Positions 7,900 through 19,034 of a stretch of DNA of 64,000 nucleotides are shown here, piece by piece. The notes under the pieces are model-generated. The model searched no databases and had not been told where the DNA came from. It worked only from the letters and a program-made list of their open reading frames with translations. Origin of the DNA: an uncultured Acidobacteriota bacterium. GTDB taxonomy: Bacteria; Acidobacteriota; Terriglobia; UBA7540. Within the stretch, counting starts at the first letter, position 1, and the number at the start of each line of letters is the position of its first letter. Position numbers and translations under genes: made by a program. The DNA lies in contig CAWDSK010000001.1 of assembly GCA_963804995.1 (NCBI GenBank), positions 512,001 to 576,000 on the forward strand. Direction: 5' to 3'.

Positions 7900-9348
7900 A
7901 TGCTTTTGCCACCATCGATTTTCTCACGTTCTTTGACTCTTGCCGCCATCGTCTGGGTCCTCGTGACCTGCTCCGTACCGGCCGTCGCGCAGCAGCCCGA
8001 ACCGCCCCCTCAGTTGCCCGAGGAGATTCGGGGTGCCAAGATTTACCAGCTTCCCACCAAAGGTGGCCAGCCGGCGCCCAACCCCGCCGTTTACAAGAGT
8101 ATCGGGTTTCAAGATATTAATTTCGAGCGCCTGTTGCTGTCTCTCTCGATCAGCATTAGGCCCGTGGATCGCGCCGCCACCGTGGAGCGGATTTACTTCC
8201 AGGATGTGCGCGTAAACGGCATTCCTGTTCACATTGAGACCTTCGAAAAGGAATTCAAACTTTCGAATAAGCAAACCGTTGACTTGCCCGCCCCGCTTAA
8301 TTGTTCCATCATTTTTGCCGATCTTGATTCCCTCAAACCCGTCCAGGACATGGTGGACCAGGACAAGATTCAGATCACCGGGCAAAGCTTCGTCGAGGTC
8401 AAGCTGAGTTCTCTCGAAAAACTTGCGGTGCGGGCCAAGCAGTTGGTGATTCCGTCCTCCCTGAACGAACAGGTCCCCTTGAATCTCTTCCAGGGCAACC
8501 CCTTGCTGCGCATGACGGCCGACACGATTCTGGCCAAGCTGGCGGATCCTTCTTCCGCCGCGGCCCTCAACATGGCGAAGGAACATCTGGCCAAGATGCA
8601 TCAGGACCAGACCGTGGGCGCCGTAGTAAAACCGGCTTTGTATCTGTTGTACACACAATATGCGGTGCGCGACCCGAAGACCAAAGCCACCGAGGTATTC
8701 TCGCAATCCGGGACCGGCTTCCTGGTCAGCAAAGATGGAAAGATGCTGACCACCAAACGCGTGGTTGAGCCCTGGAAGTTCGACTCCCCGGTCGCCTTCC
8801 TGTTGCAAAACCTGCACCTCGAGCTGGACAAGGATAGTGTGAAGACCTACGCCTGGCCGGCGGGGGCCCAGGTGATTGGAGCGGACGGCCAACCGGATTT
8901 TCAATCGGCCCTCAGCACTGAGAAACAGACCTTGAAGGTCCTCCAAACGTCTCCTGACCAGATGACCCAGCAGGTCTACCAGGACCCGGACTCAGCCCAG
9001 CAGGCCACCCTGAGTCTCCACGCCGAAGGTGAGTCTGATCTGGCCCTGCTGCAGCTCACGGGGACGGACTTTCACCCCTTGGCCTTCCTGGAGGCGGCGC
9101 CCGACCTTGCCACCAACCCCAATTTTGTTTTGTGCGGATATCCCTTCGGCGCCAGCCAACCTCAAACGGCCCCGCGCCTTCTGGGCGTCAAGGTGCAGTT
9201 GCAGGAGGGCGCCACGGTGATGGACCACCAGGCGGATGCCGGTGAATCGGGTGCGCCTTTGCTCAATGCCGAAGGCAAGGTTGTGGCTATGGCCGCCTCG
9301 GGCCACCAGTGTATTTCCATCCAGACCGCTCGGAAACTAGTCCCATGA
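7900..9348 (+). CDS. Secreted protein with C-terminal trypsin-like domain, catalytic His apparently replaced
   Basis: Signal peptide. SGTGFLV..DG.MLTTKRVV, DLALL, GESGAPLLNAEGKVV. Confidence 0.8.
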   Translation: MLLPPSIFSRSLTLAAIVWVLVTCSVPAVAQQPEPPPQLPEEIRGAKIYQLPTKGGQPAPNPAVYKSIGFQDINFERLLLSLSISIRPVDRAATVERIYFQDVRVNGIPVHIETFEKEFKLSNKQTVDLPAPLNCSIIFADLDSLKPVQDMVDQDKIQITGQSFVEVKLSSLEKLAVRAKQLVIPSSLNEQVPLNLFQGNPLLRMTADTILAKLADPSSAAALNMAKEHLAKMHQDQTVGAVVKPALYLLYTQYAVRDPKTKATEVFSQSGTGFLVSKDGKMLTTKRVVEPWKFDSPVAFLLQNLHLELDKDSVKTYAWPAGAQVIGADGQPDFQSALSTEKQTLKVLQTSPDQMTQQVYQDPDSAQQATLSLHAEGESDLALLQLTGTDFHPLAFLEAAPDLATNPNFVLCGYPFGASQPQTAPRLLGVKVQLQEGATVMDHQADAGESGAPLLNAEGKVVAMAASGHQCISIQTARKLVP

Positions 9349-11323
9349 AACTTCATAAACGCTATTTTAGGATTCTGGTTTGTGTTGCCAGCTTGACGTT
9401 TTTCTTTGCCCTGACTCTCCCGCTCTTCTCCCAAACTCAGGAAACCCTAACGTCCCAATTAAAGGAAAAGCTCTCCAAGACCGGTATTTTCTTCCGGGCT
9501 GACGCTCCACGTTGGCTGCGGAATCCTGATGACACGGATCTCCCCATCTACCTTGAGATCATCAACGGCGTCGAGCAGGAAGCGCATACCACCGGGTCCT
9601 CCGTATCACACTACATCACGCGCGACCCGCTGAAGCTCGAGGGTGTGAACATTTATTTGAAACCCACTGGGGCGCGGCACAAATTCGCCCCGGAACCCCT
9701 GCTTCTGGGAACGAGCAAAGACTATTCCTTTGACGCGCGAACCGGCGGACAGCCCCTGGGGATTCAAGACCGGCTGAAGAAGCCTCTGGTGGTGCCCCGC
9801 GAGCTGGTGAAATCTTTTCTCGCCAGCCACTACTTGGGTGGACCCTACTCAACGGTAGACCTCTGGGTTTCCTTTCGCGTGGTGGATTGGCCTAACCAGG
9901 ACTTCTATCTGCGCGTCGGCCTGGATGCTCCGCCGCTGCCGCACATCCCCAACTGGTATCGGGGCGACCTGCACTACCACACAGCTTTCACCGATAACCC
10001 CGCCGAGCGCGGGTACCCGCTCAGCGTCACCCGACAGGCGGCGCTCCAGGCGGGACTGGACTGGGTGCTCACGTCCGATCATTCTACTGACCTCTCCCCC
10101 GAACGCTATCAGCAGGAATTGAACGACGTAAAGCAGTATCGCGACAGCCGGATGATGCTGATTCGCGGCGAAGAGATGACCCTTGCCTCCAGCCAGGATG
10201 CGATACTGACCACTGTCCACATGGTTGCGGCGCCCTCGCCTGACGATCCCGACAAGGGCTTTCCGGACCCTGCCAATCCCGCCAGCACGGTGGTGGTGAC
10301 GGGTGATGGCTCTCCCTCTTCCGCGTCCATGCCCATCAAGGAGGCTTTGGCGCGCATCGCTGCGGCAGGCGGATTTGCCTATGCGGCGCATCCCTTCGAC
10401 CCCATCAGTCCGGTCATGCGAGGTGGTAAGTGGGATTTGGACGCGGATTTCCTGGCCCCGGATGGGAAGGGGCTCCAGGCCGGTCTGGTCGGGTTGGAAC
10501 CCTGGAACCGCGCCACCAACCGCACCGCGGATGATATGCGTGACCCTTTCTGTGTCCGTCAACAGGAAGATACAAGCGCCTGCTTCCAACCCGATCAGGA
10601 CGCCAACCAGTACGTGCGCCTGGAACAAGGAATCAAGGTTGGGTGGCAGCCATTGCTCCAGCGCGGCCTCCGGCCACGTGGTGATGGAGTGGATGCCCCG
10701 CTATTTAAAACCTTCCTAGGAGCGGGGTCGGACGCCCATGGTGACCTGAATTACGAAGCCACCATGGATGTCACCGACTTCCTCGGCAAACCATCGCGCG
10801 GCATAAACGGCTATGCGGAAGACAACGCCCTCGGCCGGATTTCTACGGTGGTCTATGCGCCGAACGGCATGGGGGCGCGCGGTGAAAACGTCCTGCGTGC
10901 CCTGCGGGAGGGCCGCAGCGTCGCAAGCAATGGCCCGATCCTCGTCGCCGGCTTCGACCGCAATTCCAACGGCTCTCTTGCCGACCCCGGAGATGTGGGG
11001 ATTGGGCAGGATATCTCCTGCCCGCTCAAATCTCTTCCCCCCCTGCAACTTCTCTGGGTGAGCAGTGAAGAATTTGGGCCCCTGCAATCCATCCGGCTGA
11101 TTGTGGGAACGCGCACCGGAGAGTTGCCACCTGTCGAAGTGCCCGTGCCGCCTTCCCAAGGGCTCTGAGCGGAGGCATTGTTCCCTTTGACCTTCACCAG
11201 GTCTGGAAGGAAGGTTCGGGAGAGTGGAAGTATATTCGCTTGGAGGCTATAACACGAAACATCACCAAAGATGAGTTTCGCTGCTATACTAACCCCATCT
11301 GGATGAAAGTCACCGGCGATTAG
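9345..11323 (+). CDS. Secreted PHP-fold (CehA/McbA-like) metallohydrolase, frameshift near 11160
   Basis: WYRGDLHYH, SDH, GEE, AHP, GSDAHG. ATGA overlap with the upstream gene. The -1 frame 11162-11323 supplies YIRLE...CYTNPIW. Confidence 0.8.
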
Positions 11324-11357
11324 CAGACGCCGATCACAAACGAGAAGAGCATAGACC

Positions 11358-12677
11358 ATGAGCGCAGACACAACAGAACAAGGAACAGTCCGTTACATGC
11401 GGTGCACCTCCTGCGGAAATATGAACCCCGCGTCTTCGCCGACATGTTCGCGCTGCGGAAAACCGTTGCATGCCGCGCCAACACCAACGCCCCCGCCCCG
11501 CCCCGTGGCGGCGCCGGTCGTCGCCCAAGTCATCTGCCCGAAGTGCCACAAATCGTTTCCGGTGGGGAGTAAGTTCTGCGGCTTCTGCGGTACGCCCTTG
11601 CCGGCTTCAGCGCCTGCTGCGGCAGCCCCGCCTGTGCCCGTGCAGCAGCCTGTGGCGCCGGCTCGGCCGCCTGCGCCCGTGGCCGCTCCGCCCCCGCACC
11701 CTGTGGTTCCACCGAAACCCGTGGCGCCGCCGCCCGCACCACCTGTGGCCCGGCCCGTGGCTCCCCCTCCGCGGCCCATGCCGCCGGCTCCGGCCCCGCC
11801 GGTTGCCAGGCCGGTTCCGCCTGCGCCCGTGGCCGCTCCGCTCCCACGCCCCCAGGTTCCTCCCAAACCTGTGGCACCGCCGCCCGCACCGCCTGTGGCC
11901 CGCCCACCGGCTCCGGCGCCGGTCCCGAAGCCCGTTCCCCCTGCACCGCCCGTGGCTCCTCCGCGTCCCGCTCCAGCGGAGGGTACCGTAGTGTTTACGG
12001 GCCTGCACGTGGGGCAAATCGAAGCCAAGATTTCGGAAAAGAAACCGGACGGGTCGGTGGGGAAATCCGTGGCCATCACCAAGGAAACACTCATTGGCCG
12101 CGAAGGCTGCGATCTAAGCTACCCCCAGGATCAACTGCTGTCACCACGGCACGCTTCCCTTCGAGTGCGCGAAGGCAAGCTCATGTTGCGGGACCTGAAC
12201 AGCCAGAACGGATCCTTCATTCGGCAAAGGGAAGACAGCGAGCTCGCCCCTGGTGACGTCTTTCTGCTGGGACGTGAACTCTTTCGCTTCACGACTCAGG
12301 GGCTGGACGAGGGTCCGAGCAAGGATCCCACTCAGGGTACGGTGATGTGGAGCGGTCCGCCCAAGCTTCAGAAGGGGCCCCTATCAGCCAAGCTCGAACA
12401 TATCAAGTTGAATGGGGATATCGTGGCGGAGTTCAAACTCGAAAAGCCGGAGACAACCCTGGGCCGGACCACGGGGGACCTGATCTTCAAAGAAGATCCC
12501 TACATGTCGGGAACGCACGCCCGCATCGTGGCTCAACCGGGACGCTTTGTTCTTCAGGATTTGCACAGCCGGAACGGCGTGTATCGCCGTGTGCGAAACG
12601 AAACTGAACTCGTCGACAACGACGAGTTCTTCATGGGCGAGCAGCTTTTCCACGTAGAAATAAAGACCGTCAGTTAG
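11358..12677 (+). CDS. Double zinc-ribbon, Pro-rich linker, tandem FHA protein
   Basis: Four CxxC pairs, long Pro/Ala/Val tract, two FHA domains (GR, SxxH, NG). Confidence 0.9.
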   Translation: MSADTTEQGTVRYMRCTSCGNMNPASSPTCSRCGKPLHAAPTPTPPPRPVAAPVVAQVICPKCHKSFPVGSKFCGFCGTPLPASAPAAAAPPVPVQQPVAPARPPAPVAAPPPHPVVPPKPVAPPPAPPVARPVAPPPRPMPPAPAPPVARPVPPAPVAAPLPRPQVPPKPVAPPPAPPVARPPAPAPVPKPVPPAPPVAPPRPAPAEGTVVFTGLHVGQIEAKISEKKPDGSVGKSVAITKETLIGREGCDLSYPQDQLLSPRHASLRVREGKLMLRDLNSQNGSFIRQREDSELAPGDVFLLGRELFRFTTQGLDEGPSKDPTQGTVMWSGPPKLQKGPLSAKLEHIKLNGDIVAEFKLEKPETTLGRTTGDLIFKEDPYMSGTHARIVAQPGRFVLQDLHSRNGVYRRVRNETELVDNDEFFMGEQLFHVEIKTVS

Positions 12678-12845
12678 GGCTGGCTGGAATCGCGAGGCCC
12701 TCGCTTCATTTCAGTTTCTTGCTGAGCTCTAACCCGCAGCCGCAGCGCCTTACAGTGTGTCGGCGAAGCAAGGCATTTCCCCAGACGCTATCGCCTCGGT
12801 TCCGCGCCGCGCGCCCCGAGCCACTTTCCCGCTTCCCGGACAGAT

Positions 12846-13211
12846 CTATCTCGTTACTGCCTGCTTCATAGCCTGCTTTTCAATCAGGGGCATGCGCGTC
12901 TTGAAGTAATTGTCCAGAGTCTTGGGGAGCTCGTTGTTCATTCTCACCACAAAATCATCCTGGGCCTTCTTCATCTTCTGGTCGATGCCCGCCGCGTCTT
13001 GATTGAGCTGCTCCATTTTTTGCTGCAACTGCTCCGACTGTTGCAAGGCCGTTCCCATCATCTGTTTTTGCAGAAGCAGGCCCAGGCGCGCCAGTTCATC
13101 ACTATTCCTGGCCAGTTGCGACGCGACGTAGAAGTTTGCAAAGACTGCCAAGAGGGTGAGCACCAGAACTATGTAAAGCAGGTTGCGTACCGTGGAAACA
13201 CCGCTGTCCAT
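12846..13211 (-). CDS. Single-TM coiled-coil protein
   Basis: AAGGAG SD, hydrophobic N-terminus, Q/K-rich helix; directly follows the ABC gene. Confidence 0.7.
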   Translation of the reverse strand: MDSGVSTVRNLLYIVLVLTLLAVFANFYVASQLARNSDELARLGLLLQKQMMGTALQQSEQLQQKMEQLNQDAAGIDQKMKKAQDDFVVRMNNELPKTLDNYFKTRMPLIEKQAMKQAVTR

Positions 13212-13238
13212 GCTGACTCCTTTGTGCAAGGGGCTATG

Positions 13239-16200
13239 CTATTTCACATCCTTGCGTTTCATCACCACCAGGATGAGCACAATCATCAGAAGGGCGTACC
13301 CGGTCATAATCCCCAAGTACGGCCCCTTGTCCTTAAGAAAACTGGAGGGCAGGGGGAATTCGCCGGAAGCCGCCACGGCTTCGGCCGGCTGCTCCAAACC
13401 CTGCCTCGAGGCTTTCGACATCATCCGGATGCAGAGAAATCGTGATGGTGTTGAGGATTTTGTAAGCGTAGTCCTCGGTAGAATGCGCGCCATGCACGCA
13501 CAGGTCGGACAGCGCTTCCAAACCCCAGCGCGAGATCGCCAGCGTCGAAAGCCAGCGGACGGGCGTCCCCATGCCCTCAACGGGAGCAGGGGTGAACCGG
13601 TGGAAACAATCCGCGATTTCCGGGGACGGTGTCATCGCCCCCGCCACTTGATGCGCAAAGCGGCCCTGGTCGGAGGGTTGCTCGGCTGCTGCGGGATTAG
13701 CCGCCCCACCGCCCGCCCCTAAGACAGGATAGGCGACGCCTTTGCAAGGTTGCAGGATCTTTTGCACCTTGGCGTTCGCCTCCGGCTGGGCAAACATCTT
13801 CCCTTCCATAAGCTGTTCCACGGTGATCGGAATGATCGTTTGGACGGGCCGGACCGGCAGGAACAAGCCACAGAGCAGCAATTCCGGAATCAGCACGAGC
13901 GGAAACAGCGTGAGGGCTTTTTCCGGAGTGGCCACCAGGCTTGAAATCAGCAGGCCGATCAGGGTGCCGTTCACCGCCACCAGAAACATGATGAGGATCG
14001 CCGCGCCGGCTTCCGGCAGGCTCAGCGATAGGGCGTGATTGACCGCCAGCAAGATGATGACGACCGACACGCACTGCGCCAGCGCCACCACCGACAAGAC
14101 GAAAAGTTTGGAAAGGATGTAGGAGGGGATCTTCAGCCCGGTCTGCCGCTCGCGTCTGTAAATCGTCTGCTCGTCCACGATTTCGCGCACCGCATTGGAG
14201 CAGCCGAACCATAGCGAGGAGAACATCGCCATGAAGATGGTCTGCACCTGGTTGGGTCCTCCCGCCATCAAGGCCACGAGCAGCGCCACCAAGGGAGCCT
14301 GTGCGAACAGCAAAATAGTTTGCGCCCGGTCGCTGAATTTCAATTCCCAGTTGCGCTGCAACAGGGTGCTGAACTGGTGCAGGCTGAAGCCCTTTTCCTT
14401 GGGCCGAGTCTCGCCCGCAGCGGGTGCTGCACCCATCTGAGACACTCTTTCGGCGGGAATGTTTTTCTGCGGCTCGATCACCAGGTCTTGATATAACTGC
14501 GCTTCCTGAAATCGCTTCTTCAACTCCAGCGCGTATGGAACCGTGTTGTTGTCGGTCAGGTCGTCGTAAACGTCGGGAGGAGACTCCGCCTTGAAATAAT
14601 CCAGGAACTTTGTTCCCGGGCCGTAGTAGGCAAGCCGCCCCTGCACAAGGACGACGACTTTATCCAGGACGCCGAACGACCCCAAGAGATGCGTCGTAAT
14701 GACAATGGTGGAACCCTGGTTGGCGAGTTGCCGGAACAGCATCATCATCAGCGTCTCGGTGCGCGGATCCAGGCCTGCCGTGGGCTCATCCAAAAAGAGC
14801 ACGCCGGGTTTGGGGAGCAACTCGATTCCCAAGCTAACCCGCTTGCGCTGCCCGCCGCTCAGGGTGGCCACCGGATTATCCCAGCGCTGGGGGTCCAGCT
14901 TCAGGGTGTCCAGCATCTCTTCCACCCGGCGGTTGATTTCGTCATCGGAAATATCATCCGGCAAGCGCAGTCTCGCCGCGTAGTAAAGGCAGCGGCGAAC
15001 GCTGAGCTGCCGGTGCATGATGTCTTCCTGGGGAACAAATCCAATGCTCAACTTCAGCGCGTCCAGGTTGTGGTACAGATCCACGCCGTTGTAAAGCACT
15101 TTGCCGGAGGTGGGCTTCACAAAGCCGTTCAACGCATTCATCAAGGTGGTTTTTCCCGCCCCGCTGGGTCCCAGCAGGCCAATCAGTTCCTTGGGCTTGA
15201 CCACCAACGAAAGGTCATCCAACAGCAGCTTGGGCTTGCCGGTGTTGTTGTCCGTAACCTGGAAATTCAGGTGCACGGAATCCAGCCGCATGACGTGCCG
15301 GTCCGGGGCATGGGAGAGGGTCCCACCACTGAAATGGAGTTCCGAAGGGCCGATGACCACCCGGTCCAAATCCTGGAGTTCGTGGCGTTTGATGCGAATG
15401 CCGTTCACAAACGTCCCGTTGGTGGAGCCCATATCGACGATCAGAATCTTGCCGTTCTGCTTGATGATCTCCGCGTGTTTTTTCGAGACGATGGGGTGGG
15501 CCACCACCACGTCGCAGTCGGGATCGCGGCCGATGACTAGATGGTCTTTGCTCAGATCGATGCTTTCCAGCTTGAGCTGCGGTTCCAGGCCCGTGCGGAA
15601 AATCAGTGACTTGCCGGAGTACCGTCCGAAGGTGATGTAATCGCCGTCATGCAATTCGCTGGAAGTGATCCGGATCCCGTTAACAAACGTTCCGTTGGTG
15701 GATTTATCGGTCAGGGTGACTTGCGCATTCTTGACGGTAAACTCCGCGTGTACGGCGGAAACCGAAGAGTGCTCCATGACCATCTGGCAGCGTGCCGGGT
15801 CGCGCCCCACCACCAGACCTGTCTCAGGGATGTCCTCACTCTTCACGGCGAACTTGTCAACGATCAGCTCAACGTGCGGGCGGGCCATCAGGTCCGTAAG
15901 CTTGATGGCCACAGTTTCGCCCCTGGTACTTTCCTCCTTTTGCGCGGCGGCGATGTCCGCCTGGCTCACCATGGAGGTCACGACGTGGCCATCCTCTTCG
16001 GCTGCCCCCCGACGCGCCGCTGCAACTGGGGGAGGAGCAGCAGCGACCGGAACATAAGACTCGATGTGAAAGAGATGTTTGTCGGCGGCGCCGATGGAAA
16101 TCAAATCGTCCGGCTTCACCACCGCTTCCTGAATGCGTCCGTGGTTGAGGTAGGTCCCATTGGCGGAATTCTTGTCGCGAATCACCACCTCACCAGCATT

Positions 16201-16533
16201 GTTCAATCCAATCCAGGCATGTTGGCGAGAGACCTGGTCATCGGCAAGCACAACCTGGCAGTTGGCATGATCGCGACCGAGGGTCAGCCCTTTAGGCGTG
16301 ATGGTGAAGGTGCGCCCGGAGAGGGGGCCGGAGGTGGCGACTAGTCGAAAGGCGGAGGGAGGGGAGGCCGGAGTCTCCAGGGCGACGGTGGGAGTTTCCT
16401 CCTCACTGGAGCCCGAATCCACGGAGACGGCGATGGTGGGGATGGCTTCTTCCGCCGCCCCCAGCGCGTGACCACAAACTCTGCAAAACCGGTACCCTTC
16501 CTCATTCACTTCGCCGCAGACGGGGCATTTCAT
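13239..16533 (-). CDS. Zinc ribbon-3xFHA-ABC ATPase-ABC2 permease fusion (Rv1747-like), frameshift near 13390
   Basis: CxxC pairs, three FHA domains, GPSGAGKT, LSGGQ, LDEPT, TM domain. Last TM and KRKD terminus lie in the 13239-13580 frame. Confidence 0.9.
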
Positions 16534-16669
16534 GGCCTTGGACCTCGTTGTCCAGTTTGAGTGCGGTGCCGCGACGGAGAACGTCAGGTCATCATCGTGA
16601 CGCTCGTGCCGCACGCCCACCCTGCCAGCCAGGGGCGGGTGGGGTCTTCCGAAAGCCTGATTTGCGAAT

Positions 16670-17587
16670 TTACGTACGCGGTTTGAAATCTTCTTCGTTG
16701 AATTCTTTGCATTCGACGGAAGCGGTAGCGTCCGCGGGGGAAAGCCCTTGCCCCGAAAACTCCGCCAGGATCAACGTGACGTTGTCGGTCCCACCATGGG
16801 CATTAGCCTTCTCAATAAGGGCTTTGCACTTGTCGGCCAGCCCGCTCTCCTGGTTTGCCGTCTCCAGAATCTCAGGTTCGGGCACCATGTTGTAGAGCCC
16901 GTCGCTGCACAGCAGGATCTTGTCTCCCTGGAACACTTTCGTGTAAGTGACCTTCACATCCAGCGTTTCACTGCTCCCCACAGCCTGCGTCAGGATACTT
17001 TTCCGGCTGTCCTTTTCCGGGTCGGCCGGCAACTCAGCCCCGATGTCTTTAAGGTAGTTCAGGAACGTCTGGTCCCGGGTTAACTGCGTGACCTTTTTGT
17101 TGCGAAATATATAAGCGCGGGAATCGCCTACTTGCCCCACCAGGAGGTACTGGCCGAAAAGGGCCGCCGCCGTTGTGGTGGTCCCCATGCCCCGGTAAGC
17201 GGGGTTACCCTGCGCCTTCTGGAAAATAATCTGATTGGCGTACTCAATGGCCTCGCGCAAAAGGATAACGAAGTTGGCTTCACTGACCGTGCCCAACGAC
17301 TTCAGGTTGTCATACAAACGCTTGGGAACCGTCACGGCGGCAAGCTGGCTGGCGACTTCGCCGCTCGCTTCGCCTCCCATCCCGTCCGCCACCATGAAGA
17401 GTGAACCATACGTCCCCACGTCGTGTTCGCGGATCGACGGCGAAAGCCCCACCTCTCCAGTGGTTAGATTGCACACCACAAAATTATCTTCGTTATTCTT
17501 GCGGACTCGACCCACGTCCGACATCCCGAACAGGCTCACATGAATGGCCTTCGGATCACTCCCCGTCGTTTCGGCCACGTCCCCCAC
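16670..17587 (-). CDS. PP2C-family Ser/Thr phosphatase
   Basis: GRVRKNNED, VADGMGG, MGTT, VGDSR, CSDGL, GGTDN. Confidence 0.95.
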   Translation of the reverse strand: MGDVAETTGSDPKAIHVSLFGMSDVGRVRKNNEDNFVVCNLTTGEVGLSPSIREHDVGTYGSLFMVADGMGGEASGEVASQLAAVTVPKRLYDNLKSLGTVSEANFVILLREAIEYANQIIFQKAQGNPAYRGMGTTTTAAALFGQYLLVGQVGDSRAYIFRNKKVTQLTRDQTFLNYLKDIGAELPADPEKDSRKSILTQAVGSSETLDVKVTYTKVFQGDKILLCSDGLYNMVPEPEILETANQESGLADKCKALIEKANAHGGTDNVTLILAEFSGQGLSPADATASVECKEFNEEDFKPRT

Positions 17588-17831
17588 CTTCCCCTGGTTG
17601 CAATGACTGCCAACCTCAAGTGAAACAGCACTCGCTTGCTGCTAGTGTAACTTGAGAATCAGTTCGAGTTTACCTCAAAAGGAATCCTGTCTCCGCTCCG
17701 GCTTATTCTCGCGTGTCGGTCAACCGCCGACTACCTGCTCGCCAGGGGGCTGGCTTTTGAGGATTGAAATGACCGCTCTTTCTTACCACAGCCGCAGTCC
17801 CGTATCAAGTCAATTGGCGCTTAACCGCGGT

Positions 17832-18794
17832 CTACCCGGAGCCGCCGCGCAGTTCCTGAACAATCTGCGCCGCCACCTCGTGCGCCCGTTCCAGGTTAGC
17901 TGGAGGCAACGAAATCGCCGCCACCTTGGCATGACCGCCGCCCCCATAGCGCTCACAGATGCTGGCCAGATTGGCGGTCTTAGGGGCGCTATTCCAGGGG
18001 TTGCTGCCCACGGCGATCTTGATCCGTTCCGCCGATTGGCTTAAACCCACACTATAAAGCGCCCCGGGAAAAAGGTAATATGGAATGAACTTGTTGAAGC
18101 CCTCCATATGTTGGTCCGCGACGTCAAAGAACACGACCCCGTCTTGCAGTTTGGCGCGCCCGCGAATCAATTCGATCGACCGCAAGTGCCGGGCGTAGAG
18201 TTCCTCAAAGGCCTTCCGGATATGGGGGAGCGCCACAATTTCGCCGAGCGGCTTGGAGAGAAGTTCCGGAATCAACTGGACGCAGAAGTTCGGCTCCAAC
18301 GTCCCCTCAATCACCAAAGTCAATTGCGTAGCCGGTTCGCGCATTTCCACGGCGGTGCGAATGTCCGGATACCGCGCCCCGTCAATCAGGTCCGCCCAAC
18401 GCACCAGATCTTCCAGGTCCGGCGCCTGCAAGCCGAAGCGCGTGCTGGCGATGTGGGAGATAAACTTCGTGCAGGAGTGGAAGTCCGGCCCGTAGAATTT
18501 CTTCCCGCTGGTGTCATGCCGGAAGTGCTCCGCGTCCGCTTCCGTCAGGAAAGCACTCTGGTGATGATCGAACCACCAGGTCAGGCGGTCGGAGCTGGAG
18601 TACTTGAAATCCACGATGACATTCTCTTTTGCACTGAACAGCCCTTCGTCGAATAACTGTCCCGCGCGGTGCATCAGCCCACGATAGAGGAAGTCACCCT
18701 GAGCATCGACACACTGCCGGTAGAAGCGCGTGAAGACTGCCGCCGAGCACGCTCCGTCGAAACATCGGTCGTGAAAACAAACCAGAACAGACAT
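17832..18794 (-). CDS. DHH/DHHA1 family phosphoesterase
   Basis: FDG, IVDF, FDHH, GGGH motifs. Confidence 0.85.
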   Translation of the reverse strand: MSVLVCFHDRCFDGACSAAVFTRFYRQCVDAQGDFLYRGLMHRAGQLFDEGLFSAKENVIVDFKYSSSDRLTWWFDHHQSAFLTEADAEHFRHDTSGKKFYGPDFHSCTKFISHIASTRFGLQAPDLEDLVRWADLIDGARYPDIRTAVEMREPATQLTLVIEGTLEPNFCVQLIPELLSKPLGEIVALPHIRKAFEELYARHLRSIELIRGRAKLQDGVVFFDVADQHMEGFNKFIPYYLFPGALYSVGLSQSAERIKIAVGSNPWNSAPKTANLASICERYGGGGHAKVAAISLPPANLERAHEVAAQIVQELRGGSG

Positions 18795-18799
18795 GATAT

Positions 18800-18838
18800 A
18801 AAAAAGCGAGGCTCCCTGCGAACTGGCTCTGGAGCCTC
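18800..18838 (-). terminator. Terminator-like hairpin immediately upstream of the DHH gene
   Basis: GAGGCTCC/GGAGCCTC stem followed on minus by GCTTTTTT. Confidence 0.55.
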
Positions 18839-19034
18839 ACCCTGTGCAGGCGAAAACCCCTTACCTTGCGCTTCCCGCAATAAATTGTCAAGTGGAAATG
18901 CGCGTTGAGGATTGCCTCAGGAAACCCAGGGATGGGGGTCGCGGCCCTTCGATCCATCGAGACGTCACGCCGCTCATCCCTGGAGTGCACACACCCGCCC
19001 CAGGACCGGAACCTGCGGGGATGCGGAAAGCCGT

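Noticed and set aside
11393..12094. Gly-rich and Arg-rich ORFs
   Set aside because: Shadow frames of the Pro-rich linker of the FHA protein.
4158..17587. T6SS-regulatory or TerY-P interpretation of the kinase/PP2C locus
   Set aside because: No T6SS structural genes and no vWA gene in the window.
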